64,000 nt of DNA from an uncultured Actinomycetes bacterium (lineage in GTDB: Bacteria > Actinomycetota > Thermoleophilia > Gaiellales > JALYLC01): positions 324,720-388,719 of the forward strand of contig CAVPLI010000001.1 in the NCBI GenBank assembly GCA_963705965.1. Reading direction: 5' to 3'. Position 1 is the first letter of the stretch. Each line of letters begins with the position of its first letter. Positions 32,407 through 43,820 of the stretch are shown piece after piece. Position numbers and translations under genes: made by a program. The notes beneath the pieces are model-generated. The model saw only the letters and a program-made list of their open reading frames with translations, had not been told where the DNA came from and did not search any database.

Positions 32407-33770
32407 ATGGAACTCGTCCAGGGCGGAGCGGGAGAGGTGCGGCAGTCCGAGGTCATCGCGGCGCTCTCGCACGCGCTCGACATGACCGAGGGGCATCCCG
32501 TCGGACAGGCCGAGCGCACGTGCCTGATCGGCATGCGCATCGCGCACGAGCTGCAACTCGACGAGGAGTCGCGCTACGCGCTGTATTACGCGCTGCTGCT
32601 CAAGGACGTCGGCTGCTCGTCGTCGGCGGCGCGCATGTGCGAGCTGTTCGGCACCGACGACATCGCGCTCAAGACGCACGGCAAGCTCGTCGACTGGACG
32701 AAGCCGGTGCAGGTCGCGCGCTACACCTCGCAGCACGTCGCGGCCGGTGGCCGCATCGCGCGCGCCCAGCGCACGCTCTCGGTGCTGCGCTCGCTGGTGG
32801 CCGAGGGCAAGGCGATCGTCGAGACGCGCTGCGACCGCGGCGCCGCGATCGTCAGGAGCCTCGGATTCCCGGAGGCGAGCGCGCAGGCGGTGTGGGCGCT
32901 CGACGAGTACTGGGACGGGCGCGGACAGCCGTCGGGCATGCAGGGCGAGGAGATCCCGCTGCTGGCGCGCATCGCCTGCCTCAGCCAGACCGCCGAGGTG
33001 TTCTTCGCGACGCACGGCGTCGCCGCGGCGCACGAGATGGTGCGCGAGCGCCGCGGGCGCTGGTTCGACCCGCAGATCGCCGACGTCCTGCTCGCGATCG
33101 GGCCCGAGGACCGGCTCTGGAGCGACCTGGTGCGCGACGACGTCGCCGCGCAGGTGCTCGCCGTCGAGCCCGTCGACCGCGTGCTGGTGCTCGACGAGGC
33201 CGGCATCGACAACGTCTGCGAGGCGTTCGCGGACGTCATCGACGCGAAGTCGCCGTTCACGGCCCGCCATTCGCGCGGCGTCGCCACCTACGCCGGCCTG
33301 ATCGGCCGCCAGCTCGGCTTCGCCCGGAGCAGCTGCGCGAGTTGCACCGCGCGGGGATGCTGCACGACATCGGCAAGCTCGGGATCCCGAACACGATCCT
33401 CGACAAGCCGGCCAGGCTGACCGACGACGAGTTCGCCCGCATCCGCCTGCATCCGGCGTACACCGAGAGCATCCTGGCGGGCATCCCGGCGTTCGCCCGC
33501 TTCGCCGCGGTGGCCGCGTCCCATCACGAGCGCCTGGACGGCCGCGGCTATCACCGCGGCGTGCCCGCCGGCGACCTTCCGCTGAGCGCGCGCGCCCTGG
33601 CGGTCGCCGACGTCTTCGAGGCGCTCACCGCCGACCGCCCGTACCGCAGCCCGATGGATCCCGCGGAGGCGCTCGCGATCGCGCGCGAGGACCCCGGCCA
33701 CCTCGATCAGTCCTGTGTCGAGGCACTCGCCGCCGGCGTCGAGCGCGCCGCCGAGCGCTTCGCCGCTTAG
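32407..33770 (+). CDS. Tandem HD-GYP-type protein: degenerate N-terminal copy plus canonical-like C-terminal copy (one frame change)
   Basis: The N-terminal copy has LLKDVG in place of HD and DEYWDGRGQP in place of HHExxDGxGYP. The C-terminal copy has AGMLHDIGKLGIP and ASHHERLDGRGYHRG. The frame change lies near 33320. Confidence 0.7.
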
Positions 33771-33820
33771 CCCCTCGCGCACGGGGTAAGGGTCCTGGCA
33801 GCTCTAGCCAGGAGGATCTC

Positions 33821-34198
33821 GTGAGCGGAAGCGACGAACAGCACGACCGCGTCAAGCCGACCGAGCAGCGCGGCGGGACGAACCCCGACGAGGCCGAGGC
33901 CCGCGAAAAGGGCCAGTGGGCAGGCACGGTCGAGGACGGCATGGTGCCGGCGGAGCTCGGTGGATCGGATGCGCCCCGGGAACTGCTGGCGGACGACCCG
34001 GAGCTCGGCAGCTCCGTTCTCGGGCAGACGACCGGTTCCGACGAGCCGGCCACCGAGGATGGCGTCGACCTCGGCGCCGGCGATCACGCGGACGCGACGA
34101 GTGACGGCGGCCCCGACGCGGCCGAAGGCGCCGAGGAGCCTTCGCTGCGAGACGCGCCCAATCTCCAGGTCCGCCCCGACGCCGGCACCGGCGGCTGA
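33821..34198 (+). CDS. Small acidic, low-complexity hypothetical protein
   Basis: GTG start with AGGAGG upstream, high third-position GC throughout, and a 125-aa D/E/G-rich sequence. Confidence 0.45.
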   Translation: MSGSDEQHDRVKPTEQRGGTNPDEAEAREKGQWAGTVEDGMVPAELGGSDAPRELLADDPELGSSVLGQTTGSDEPATEDGVDLGAGDHADATSDGGPDAAEGAEEPSLRDAPNLQVRPDAGTGG

Positions 34199-34213
34199 GG
34201 CCGGGCGCGCGCC

Positions 34214-34937
34214 TCAGAACACCGTCAGCGCACCCGGATCGGTCAGCCGGCTGACCGGCAGGCGGTCGCGCAGCAGCTGGATCGAGTCGTCGCGCAGCTC
34301 CGTGAGCAGGCCGAGGTAGACCTCGCGCGGGATCTCGATCGCTCCCAGCGTGCGCAGGTGCGGCGTCGCGTGCTGGACCTCGAAGAGACCGGCGCGGGCC
34401 TCGATCAGCCGGGCGGCGAGGTCGACCAGCGCGACCTTGGAGGCGTCGTTCGCGCGGTGGAACATCGACTCGCCGCAGAACACGCCGCCGACGAGGACGC
34501 CGTAGATCCCGCCGACCAGGCGCTCGCCGTCCCAGACCTCGACGCTGTGCGCGTGGCCGAGCCGGTGCAGCTCGCCGTAGGCGAGCGCGAGGTCGTCGCT
34601 GATCCAGGTGCCCGGCTCGTCGGGCCGCGGCTCGCGACAGCCTTCGACGACCGCCGCGAAGTCCTCGTCGAGCGTCGTCTCGTAGCCGCTGCGGCGCAGC
34701 GTGCGCGCGAGCGAGCGCGAGACGTGGACGCGGTCGAGCGGGAGGACGCCGCGGCGCGGCGGGCGAGAACCACGGCACCGTGTCGATCGTGTCGTGCGGC
34801 CACGGGAAGACACCGCGCCGGTAGGCGTCGACGAGCGTCGCCGGCGCGAGGTCGGCGCCGACGCCGACGAGGCCGTGCTCGTCGCCGGGCATCGCTTCGG
34901 GGAAGGTCCAGCCGCTTCGCGGCAGACCCTCGGGCAC
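34214..34937 (-). CDS. aat: Leucyl/phenylalanyl-tRNA--protein transferase (one frame change)
   Basis: LVDAYRRGVFPWP is followed by a frame change near 34765. WISDDLALAYGELHRLGHAHSVEVW, LVGGIYGVLVGGVFCGESMF and ASKVALV then follow. Confidence 0.8.
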
Positions 34938-34956
34938 GCTGCGTGCGGTGCTCGCG

Positions 34957-36351
34957 TCACTCCCCGCGCATGAGCTTCTGCGCGCGCGGGAGCACCGAGT
35001 CGAGCGCGCGGACCGCCTCGTCGATGTGCTCGCGCGTGCAGATCAGGGGCGGCGAGAGCTGGATCACCGGATCGCCGCGGTCGTCGGCGCGGCAGATCAC
35101 GCCGGCCTCCTGCAGCTGCGGCGAGAGGAACTCGCGCAGCAGCACCTGGCACTCCTCGGCGCTGAACGTCTCGCGCGTGGCGCGGTCCTTGACGAGCTCG
35201 AGCGACATGAAGTAGCCCGCGCCGCGCACGTCGCCGATGATCTCGTGGTCGCCCGCGAGGCCGTGGAGCTGCTCGGCGAAGTAGGCCTCGTTGGCGCGCA
35301 CGTTGGCGAGCAGGTCGAGCGCGCTCCATCACGTCGAGGTTGGCGCTCGCCGATCGCGGTCGCCATCGGATGGCCGCCGAACGTGATGCCGTGCAGGTAG
35401 TACTCGCCGCCCTCGACGAACGGCTCGGCCACGCGGTCGGAGATCAGCAGCGCGCCGAGCGACGCGTACCCGCTCGTCAGGCCCTTCGCGCACGTGATCA
35501 GGTCGGGCTCGTAGCCGTAGCGCTGGCAGCCGAACCACTCGCCGAGCCGGCCGAAGCCGCAGATCACCTCGTCGGCGACCTGCAGGACGCCGTAGGCGTC
35601 GCAGATCTCGCGCACGCGGCGGTGGTACTCCGGGTGCGGCGTGAACGTGCCGCCCGAGTTCTGGACGGGCTCCATGATCACCATGGCGACGGTCTCGGGC
35701 CCCTCCTGCTCGATCGTCTCGGCGACCTCGTCGGCGCACGCGAGCGAGCACTCGCCGGCCTCCGCGCAGTACTTGCAGCGGTAGCGGTTCGTGTTGGCGA
35801 CGTGGCGGACGCCGTCGATGAGCGGCTCGAACGGCGTGCGGATCGACGTGATGCCCGTGATCGAGAGCGCGCCCATGGTGGTGCCGTGGTAGGCGACCTT
35901 GCGCGAGATGACCTTGCGCCGCATCGGCTGGCCGTTGGCCGCGTGGTACTGGCGCGCGAGCTTCCAGGCCGACTCGACGGCCTCGGAGCCGCCGGAGACG
36001 AAGAACGCGCGGTTGATGCTCGGGCGGGGCGAGATCGGCGAGCCGGGCGGCGAGCTCGGCCGCGGGCGGGTGCGCGAACGTCCAGTTCGTGTAGTACGGC
36101 AGCTGCCGCATCTGCTCGAGCGCGGCCTGGCCGAGCTCCTCGCCGTACGAGTAGCCGATCTGCACGGTGAACAGCCCGCTGAGCATGTCCAGGTAGCGCT
36201 TGCCGTGCGTGTCGAACAGGTACGGGCCCTCGCCGCGCTCGATGATCGGGATCTCGTTGTCCCGGTAGGCGCCCATCGAGGAGAAGTGCAGCCAGAGGTG
36301 ATCCTTCGCCTTGCGCTGCAGTTCCGCGTGCAAACTCGTGTCGATCGCCAT
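34957..36351 (-). CDS. Class-III aminotransferase (omega-amino acid / putrescine:pyruvate-type), frame-disrupted
   Basis: HLWLHFS, FFVSGGSEAVESAWKLAR, MEPVQNSGG, ADEVICGFGRLG, TCAKGLTSGY and GITFGGHP are present. Frame changes lie near 36030 and 35320. Confidence 0.8.
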
Positions 36352-36413
36352 GTCCGCCCCTCCGTCGATCTGCCGGGCAACGCTAGCACTCGCTGCGCGG
36401 CTACAGTCCTCCC

Positions 36414-37464
36414 ATGGCCGGCGGACAGACCGCGAGCGAGTCCGCTCGCCGCGGCCTGATCGCGGCGCTCGTGGCGGTGGCGGCTCTGGCCGCGGCCGCC
36501 CAGCCGGCGCTCGCCGAACGGCCTGCGGGACCGCCCGTGCGCCTGGCAGCCGGGCCTGTCGGCGTTCCCCGCCGGGGTGCTCGCGCGCCGTCGCGGCGAG
36601 GACCGGCTGCCGCGTGCGGATCGTGCCGCCGCTCGCGCCCGGCGCCGTGCCCGCCGACCGGCATCGACCTCGTCGAGCTGCGGGGGGACGACGCGGGAGC
36701 GCTGGTGGCCTCCGGCCGTCTCGAGTTGATCAAGGAGTCGACCGTGCCCGGGCTGGGCGATGTCCCGGGCAAGCTGCGGGACGTCGTGCGCGACGCCGCC
36801 GGCGGCCTGCGCGCCGTGCCGTACCTGTGGAGCCCGCAGCTGCTGCTCGCGCGCCGCTCGGTCCACGGCACGAAGCCGCCGACGAGCCTGCGCGCGCTGT
36901 TCTCGCTCCGCGGGGCAGACGCGCGCCGCCCTGCCCGACTCGCCGCTCGAGCTCGCGATCGCGGCGCGTTACCTCGGAGTCGGCGATCCCTTCGAGCTCG
37001 ACCGCGACGAGCTGGCCGCCGCACGCGGGGTGGTCGCGCCGGCCCGTCCGCTGCTGCACCTGTACTCCGATGCCGCCGCCCTGCGCTCGCTCTTCCGGCG
37101 CGGCGTGATCGATCTCGCGCTCGGGAACGCCGCGACGCTCGGCGACCAGCGGGCGAGCGTCGTCGCGAGCGTGCCCGCCGAGGGGACGATCTCGACCGAG
37201 CGCGTGCTCGGCGTCGTCGCCGGCACGCGGCGGGCGGTCTGCGCGCGGCGCGTCGCCGGCGCGTTGCTCGCACCCGCCGCGCAGGCGCGGCTCGCCGCCG
37301 CGCGCGGCCTGCTCCCCGTGCGCACGGCGACCTGCGCGGCGCTTTCCGAGAGGCGCCTGCACGACCCTCCGGCGGGCGCTCTCGCAGACGCTCGCGAACA
37401 GCTCCATGGCGATTCATCCGGCGGCTTCGGAGGGTGTCACGGGCTGGCCGGAATGGGTGGGTGA
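36414..37464 (+). CDS. PotD/PotF-like periplasmic solute-binding protein, heavily frame-disrupted; 3' end uncertain
   Basis: A signal-like N-terminus (LIAALVAVAALAAAAQPALA) is present. Recognisable blocks are TGCRVRIV, GIDLVELRGDDAGALVASG, AVPYLWSPQLLLAR, LPDSPLELAIAARYLG and LHLYSDAAAL, spread over 3 frames. The last ~80 nt have poor third-position GC. Confidence 0.45.
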
Positions 37465-37557
37465 ATGGGTGCTCCTGCGGGGGTGACGGGGCCCTGCTGA
37501 GGCCGTCCGGCGTTGCCGCCATGCAGGGGAATTGCTAGGGTCCACCCGATGTTCGCC
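37408..37557 (+). ncRNA. Candidate structured leader, possibly a ydaO/c-di-AMP-type riboswitch, before the NlpC/P60 gene
   Basis: These blocks occur in the order I recall for ydaO RNAs: CGATTCATCC (37410-19), CACGGGCTGGCC (37438-49), GGGTGAATGG (37459-68), GTGACGGGGCCC (37483-94) and CACCCGA (37543-49, whose last A is the A of the ATG). A closing helix GGCGA (37408-12) / TCGCC (37553-57) encloses them. Not verified by a covariance model. Confidence 0.3.
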
Positions 37558-38724
37558 GCGCGCGGCAACGTGCGGGCCCTCGACCGGGCCCGCCGAGTTG
37601 GCCGCCACGTCTCTGTGCTCGCCGTGTGTGCGGTGGGCATCGGCGTTGGCTTGGCTACGCCTGCCCAGGCGGACAAGGTGGGCGACACGAAGGCCGAGGC
37701 GAACCGCGTCTGGGAGCAGATCCAGAGCGACGGCGAGCGCCTCGAGGCCACGATCGAGCAGTACAACGGCGCCAGATTCCGCCTCCAGCAGACGATGGGC
37801 CGGATCCACGAGAACGAGGTGCGTCTCTCGACCGCCCGCGTGAACCTCAAGAACGCCCACCACGCGCTCAACATCTCGCTCATCAGCGCGTACAAGAACC
37901 CGCGGCCCGACCCGCTGCAGGCGGCGCTGGAGGCGCGCAACTTCGGCCAGGTGCTCGAGCAGTTCGCGCTGCTCGATCGCGCCCAGAGCTACAACGCGAG
38001 CATCCTCACCGACATCCGCGACTACCGCAAGGACGTCGACTCGAGCCAGCGCGTGCTCAACCGCGAGCGCAACGCCCGCCGCGAGACGGTCGCCGAGCTG
38101 CAGTCGCTGAAGGGGCAGATCCAGAGCTCGATCGCGGCCGACAAGCAGCGCTACCGCGGTCTGCGCGCCAAGGTGCGGCGCCTGATCGAGGAGCGCCGCC
38201 AGGCCGAGATCGAGGCCTCGAGGCGCGTCGCCGAGCAGCAGCGCCGGTTGCAGGCCGCATCCACCACGCAGGCCGTGGCCGTCAACGACATCGGCGGCGT
38301 GAGCGGTACCGCGAACTCGTCGAGCGCGAGCGACTCCGGCGTCTCGGTCGCGCTCCCGTCGCCCTCCACGGCCGGCGAGGCGGCAGTCAACTTCGCGCTC
38401 GGCCAGCTGGGCACGCCCTACTCGTGGGGCGGCGCGGCGCCCGGCGGCTTCGACTGCTCCGGCCTCGTCTCCTGGGCCTACGCCCAGGCGGGCCGCGGCG
38501 GCCTCCCGCACTTCACGGGCGCGCTCTGGAACTCGGGCACGCACATCTCCTCGCCGGGCGATCTCGCTCCCGGCGACCTCGTCTTCTTCCACGGCCTCGG
38601 CCACGTCGGGCTGTACATCGGCGGCGGCAACTTCGTGCACGCGCCGCACACCGGCGACGTCGTGAAGATCTCGAATCTCGGCAGCTACAGCGGCTACGAC
38701 GGCGCTGTGCGCGTCAGCGGCTAG
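37549..38724 (+). CDS. Secreted NlpC/P60 (C40) peptidoglycan endopeptidase with long N-terminal coiled coil (RipA-like architecture)
   Basis: Intact frame with signal peptide VSVLAVCAVGIGVGLATPAQA and a coiled-coil region. The C-terminal domain has GTPYSWGGAAPGGFDCSGLVSWAY, GDLVFF, GHVGLYIG and HAPHTG. Confidence 0.85.
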   Translation: MFAARGNVRALDRARRVGRHVSVLAVCAVGIGVGLATPAQADKVGDTKAEANRVWEQIQSDGERLEATIEQYNGARFRLQQTMGRIHENEVRLSTARVNLKNAHHALNISLISAYKNPRPDPLQAALEARNFGQVLEQFALLDRAQSYNASILTDIRDYRKDVDSSQRVLNRERNARRETVAELQSLKGQIQSSIAADKQRYRGLRAKVRRLIEERRQAEIEASRRVAEQQRRLQAASTTQAVAVNDIGGVSGTANSSSASDSGVSVALPSPSTAGEAAVNFALGQLGTPYSWGGAAPGGFDCSGLVSWAYAQAGRGGLPHFTGALWNSGTHISSPGDLAPGDLVFFHGLGHVGLYIGGGNFVHAPHTGDVVKISNLGSYSGYDGAVRVSG

Positions 38725-38733
38725 CACGCGGCG

Positions 38734-39610
38734 CTAGACCGCGGCGTCGAGCACGGCGCGGATGCCCGCGTCGTCGGCGACGGGCGCGAGCGGGCGCCGC
38801 GTCGCGGTGCCGATGCCGTAGCGGATGGCGGCGGCCGCGCGCATGCCGGTCGGTGACGGCCCTGCGGCGCGGATCGCTCCCAGCAGCGGCACGAGCGGCG
38901 CGAAGAGGTCGGCAGCGCGCCCGCCCTCGCCGGCCGCCGCCGCCTCGTAGACCGCCAGGCAGCGCTCCGGCGCGACGTTCGCGATCGCGAGGATGCCCCC
39001 CGAGCCGCCGGCCAGCGTGACCAGGTAGAGCAGCGTCGGCGTGCCGCAGTAGGCGGCGAACGCCCGGCGGGCACGTGTCGAGCAGCTGGAGGAACCGGCC
39101 GACCTCCTCGCCCGACTCCTTGACGCCGCTCACGACGCCCTCGGACGCGAGCTCGCGCAGCACGTCGAGCGGCCACTGCGAGCCCGCCATCGCGGGCATC
39201 GTGTACGCGAGCAGCGGGAGCCCGCCCGCGGCGCCGTGCACGGCGCGCGCGAGTCCGGCGAGCTCGTCCCGGCCGACCCGGTTGTAGTACGGCGTGATCA
39301 GCATCACGGCGGCCGCGCCCGCCTGCGCGGCGTGCTCGGCGAGCGCGACCGCGTCGCGCTGCGCGGGCGCGCCGACCTGGGCCAGCACCGGCGTGCCGGG
39401 GCAGGCCGCGATGACCGCCTCGAGCAGCGCTCGGCGCTCGGGGGGCGTGTGCAGGTGGAACTCGCCGGTCGACCCCGCCAGCACGAGCCCGTGCACGCCG
39501 GCGTCGACGAGGCGGCGCGCGAAGGCCGCCGTCGCGTCGATGTCGATCTCCTCGGCGGCGTCGTAGAGCGTGAGCAGCGGGACGTGGACCCCAGGCGGCG
39601 GCATCGGCAT
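38734..39610 (-). CDS. DapA-family (dihydrodipicolinate synthase / class I aldolase-lyase) protein, one frame change
   Basis: [20 protein letters not shown] and VSGVKESG (Schiff-base Lys context) are present. The frame change lies near 39065. The C-terminus ...[14 protein letters not shown] stops at 38734-38736. Confidence 0.7.
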
Positions 39611-40829
39611 GGCGCCCAGGATACCGTTGGCGCACGTGACCGCCTCCGCCGTCGCCGCGCCCAGTCTGCGCCGGTCGTTACGCCCCCTGGGGCTGCTGAC
39701 GAGCGGCCATCTGGTCACCGATCTCGCGCAGGGCAGCGTGCCGGCGCTGCTGCCGTTCCTGCGCACCGAGCTGCACCTCTCCTACACCCGGACCGCGGCC
39801 ATCATGCTCGCCGCGACGGTCGCGTCGTCCTTCGTCCAGCCGATCTTCGGGTACCTCTTCGACAAGCGCCAGGGCGACTGGCTGCTGGTCGCGGGCCCGG
39901 CGCTCGCCGGGGTGGGCATCGGGCTGCTCGCGTTCGTCCACACGTTCGAGCTCGCGCTCCTGTGCGTGCTGGCGTCGAGTGTCGGCGTCGCCGCGTTCCA
40001 CCCCGAGGCGAGCAAGTTCGCGGCCTGGCTCTCGGGCGAGCGGCGCTCGACGGCGATGTCCGTCTTCTCGGTCGGCGGGAACCTGGGCGTCGCCATCGGC
40101 CCCCTGCTGGCCGGCGTGATCGCGGCGCACTACGGGCTCGGCGGCGTCTGGCTGCTCGCCATCCCGGGCCTCGTGATCGCGGGCGTGCAACTCGCGGGCC
40201 TTGCCGCGCTCGGCGGTGCCACCGCGCACGCCCGCGTGGCGACGGCGCTCGCGGGGCGCGACCGCTGGGGCGCGACGGGCCTGCTCCTGGTCGCCCTGAT
40301 GGTGCGCGGCTACGTGCACTTCGGCCTGCTCACGTTCATCCCGCTGTTCGAGCACGACGCGCGCGACACCAGCAGCGAGTACGGCTCGAGGGTGCTCGCG
40401 CTGATGCTCTTCGCGGGAGCGGTCGGCACGCTCGTGGTCGGCCCTCTGGCCGATCGCCACGGCCGCCGCCTCATGCTGACGCTGACGTTCGCGACGGCCG
40501 TTCCCGGCGTGGCGCTGTACCTCGCCAATCCGGGGGCGCTCGGCCTCGCCGGCATCGCGTTCGCGGGCGCCGGGATCATCTCGACGTTCGGCATCACGAT
40601 CGTGCTCTCGCAGGAGTACCTGCCGACCCGCCTCGCGACCGCTGCAGGGCTCTCGATCGGGCTCTCGATCGGCCTCGGCGGCGCCGCGTCGTTCGCGATC
40701 GGCCGCCTCGCCGACACGATCGGGCTGACCGACGCGCTCTGGACGATCCCGCCCGCGGCGCTGCTCGGGACGGCGCTGTGCGCCCTGCTGCCGGCACCGG
40801 ATCCTCCCCAGCGCGCCGCAGCGGCGTGA
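39609..40829 (+). CDS. MFS transporter
   Basis: Intact frame with about 12 hydrophobic segments and the MFS loop motif PLADRHGRR. The start is uncertain (the track ORF begins at 39570). Confidence 0.75.
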   Translation: MAPRIPLAHVTASAVAAPSLRRSLRPLGLLTSGHLVTDLAQGSVPALLPFLRTELHLSYTRTAAIMLAATVASSFVQPIFGYLFDKRQGDWLLVAGPALAGVGIGLLAFVHTFELALLCVLASSVGVAAFHPEASKFAAWLSGERRSTAMSVFSVGGNLGVAIGPLLAGVIAAHYGLGGVWLLAIPGLVIAGVQLAGLAALGGATAHARVATALAGRDRWGATGLLLVALMVRGYVHFGLLTFIPLFEHDARDTSSEYGSRVLALMLFAGAVGTLVVGPLADRHGRRLMLTLTFATAVPGVALYLANPGALGLAGIAFAGAGIISTFGITIVLSQEYLPTRLATAAGLSIGLSIGLGGAASFAIGRLADTIGLTDALWTIPPAALLGTALCALLPAPDPPQRAAAA

Positions 40830-42362
40830 CCGTCACCGAGACGTACACGACGCCCGCCGCGCGCGACGACGTGCTGGAGGAGCTTGCCGAGAGCCACTTC
40901 GACCTGCTCGTGGTCGGCGGCGGGATCGTGGGCTGCGCGGTCGCCTGGCTCGGAGCGCATGCGGGCCTGCGGGTCGCGCTGGTCGAGCGAGGCGATCTCG
41001 CCGGGGCCACGTCGAGCGCGTCGTCCAAGCTCATCCACGGCGGGCTCCGCTATCTGGAGATGGGCGACGTCGGTCTCGTGCGCGAGGCCCACGCCGAGCG
41101 CCACGCGCTCGCCGGCGTCGTCGCGCCGCACCTCGTGCGGCCGCGCGCCTTCCTCGTCCCCGTGTATCGCGGAGGCCCGGTCCGCGCGACGAAGCTGCGC
41201 GCCGGGCTCGTCCTCTACGGCGCCCTCGGCCGCTTCGCCGACGGGGGCGGGAGCCTGCTGCGGCCCGAGGCGGCCCGGGCCCTCGTGCCGCCGCTGCTGC
41301 TGGACGGACTCCGCTCGGCCGGGCGCTACGTGGACGACGAGACCAACGATGCGCGCATGACGATCGCCGTCGCGCGCGCGGCGGCGCGCGCCGGTGCGCG
41401 CATCGCAACGCGCGTCGAGGTGCGCGCGCTGCGGCTGACGGGCGGCCGCGTGGTCGGTGCCGAGTGCGCCGACGTCCTCGGCGGGGCCGCCCTCGAGGTC
41501 ACGGCGACCTGCGTCGTGAACGCGACGGGGCCGTGGGTCGACGACGTGCGGCGCATGGCCGATCCGGCCGCGCCGCGCTCCCTGCGCTTCGCCAAGGGAG
41601 CGCATCTGATCGTGCGCCTCGACGAGCCCTGGGAAGCGGCACTCACGACGCCGCTCGAGGGCGGGCGCGTGCAGTTCGCGAACCCGTGGGAGGGGGCCCT
41701 GCTCGTCGGCACGACCGACGAGCCGTTCGAGGGCGACCCGCGCGATCTCGAGGTGACGGCCGCGGACGTCGAGCAGATCGTGCGCGAGTCGCGGGTCTCG
41801 ATCGAGCCGGGCGTCGTCGAGCCCGACCGCATCCTCTCGAGCTTCGCCGGCGTGCGCGTGCTGCCGCAGGGCGACGCCGAGACCCCGTCGGCGCGCCGCG
41901 AGACGGTGATCGAGCGCGGCGACAGCGGCCTGCTCTCGATCGCGGGCGGCAAGTTCACGACGTTCCGGCGCATCGCGCTCGATGCGCTCGAGCGGCTGCG
42001 CGAGGATCTCGATCTGCACCTGCTCGACCGGGCGCCGGTGCCGCTGCCCGGAGCGGCCGACCCCGGCGTCGTCGCGGAGCGGCTGCTGGCCGAGCTACCC
42101 GGCGCTCTCGGCGGCGACCGCTGCGCACCTCGCGCGCTTCCACGGCAGCGAGGCCTTCGACGTGCTCGCGCCCGCGCGCGAGGATCCGGCGCTGCTCGAG
42201 CCGCTCGCGGCGGGCGCTCCCGAGGTCGCCGCGCAGGTGCGCTGGGCGCGCGAGCAGGAGTGGGCGCTGACCGCGGACGACGTGCTGGCGCGCCGCACGA
42301 CTCTCGCCGCGCTCGGCCGCGGGGACGAGGCGCGCTCGCGCGTCGAGGAGCTTCTGCGATGA
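40826..42362 (+). CDS. glpD: FAD-dependent glycerol-3-phosphate dehydrogenase (one frame change)
   Basis: [28 protein letters not shown] and NATGPW are present. The frame change lies near 42110, followed by the C-terminal helical domain. The GTG start overlaps the MFS stop, and the stop overlaps the glpK ATG. Confidence 0.85.
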
Positions 42363-43820
42363 CGGCCCGCTACGTCGCCGCGCTCGATCAGGGCACCACG
42401 AGCACGCGCTGCATGCTCTTCGACGAGCGCGGCCGCACGGTCGCGACCGCGCAGCACGAGCACCGCCAGATCACGCCGCGCCCGGGGTGGGTCGAGCACG
42501 ACGCCGGACGAGATCCTCGCGCGCTCGCGCACGTGCATCGACGAGGCGCTCGCGGCCGCCGGCGCCGCGGCGACCGACGTGGCCGCGATCGGCATCGCCA
42601 ACCAGCGCGAGACCGTCGTGCTGTGGGAGCGCGAGACGGGCCGCCCGCTCGCGAACGCGATCGTGTGGCAGGACACGCGCAGCGCCGAGCGCGTCGCGGC
42701 GCTCGGCTCCCTCGACCGCTTCCGCGCGCAGACGGGCCTGCCGCTGGCGACGTACTTCTCGGGCCCGAAGCTCTCCTGGCTGCTCGACGAGCTGCCGGGC
42801 GCGCGCGAGCGCGCCGAGGCCGGCGAGCTCGCGGCGGGCACGATCGACAGCTGGCTCGCCTGGCACCTGGCGGGCGTCCACGTCACCGACGCGACCAACG
42901 CGAGCCGCACGCTGCTGATGGATCTCGACACGCTCGACTGGGACGACGGGCTGCTCGAGGCGATCGGCGTCCCGCGCGCGCTGCTCCCCGCCATCGGGCC
43001 GTCGAGCGGCGTCGTCGGCGAGATCGGCGGTATCCCGCTGGCCTCGCTGCTCGGAGATCAGCAGGCGGCGCTCTTCGGGCAGTGCTGCTTCGCGCCGGGC
43101 GAGGCCAAGTGCACCTACGGCACCGGCAACTTCCTCCTGCTCAACACCGGCGAGCGCCGCGTGCCCTCGAGCCACGGGCTGATCACCGGCATCGCCTACC
43201 GCCTCGGCGAGGACCCGCCCGCCTACATGCTGGAGGGCGCCGTCGCCGTCACGGGAGCGCTCATCCAGTGGCTGCGCGACAACCTCGGGGTGATCGGGGC
43301 GGCGGCCGAGGTCGAGGAGCTCGCCGCGAGCGTGCCCGACAGCGACGGCTGCGTGATCGTGCCGGCCTTCTCCGGCCTCTACGCGCCGCGCTGGCGCCCC
43401 GACGCCCGCGGCGTGATCTGCGGCCTCACGCAGTTCCACACCAGGGCGCATCTCGCGCGCGCCGCGCTCGACGCGACCGCGTACGCGACGCGCGAGCTGG
43501 TCGACGCGATGAGGGCGGATGCCGGTGTCGAGTTGCCCGCCTTGCGCGTCGACGGCGGCATGACCGCCAACGAGCTGCTGCTGGGGATCCAGGCCGACGT
43601 TCTCGGGCTGCCGGTCGTGCGGCCCGCCGTGACGGAGACCACCGCGCTCGGCGCCGCCTACGCAGCGGGGCTCGCCGTCGGCTTCTGGGAGTCGCTCGAC
43701 GAGCTGCGCGCGAATGAGCGCGGCGAGCGCACGTGGCATCCCCACACGACTGCGGAGGAGCGCGAGCGCGGGTACGCGCGCTGGAACGCCGCGGTCGAAC
43801 GCTCGCTCAACTGGGCCTGA
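42359..43820 (+). CDS. glpK: Glycerol kinase (one frame change)
   Basis: [18 protein letters not shown] and GWVEHDA are followed by an extra G at 42506-42507. [31 protein letters not shown] and VDGGMTAN then follow. Confidence 0.9.
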
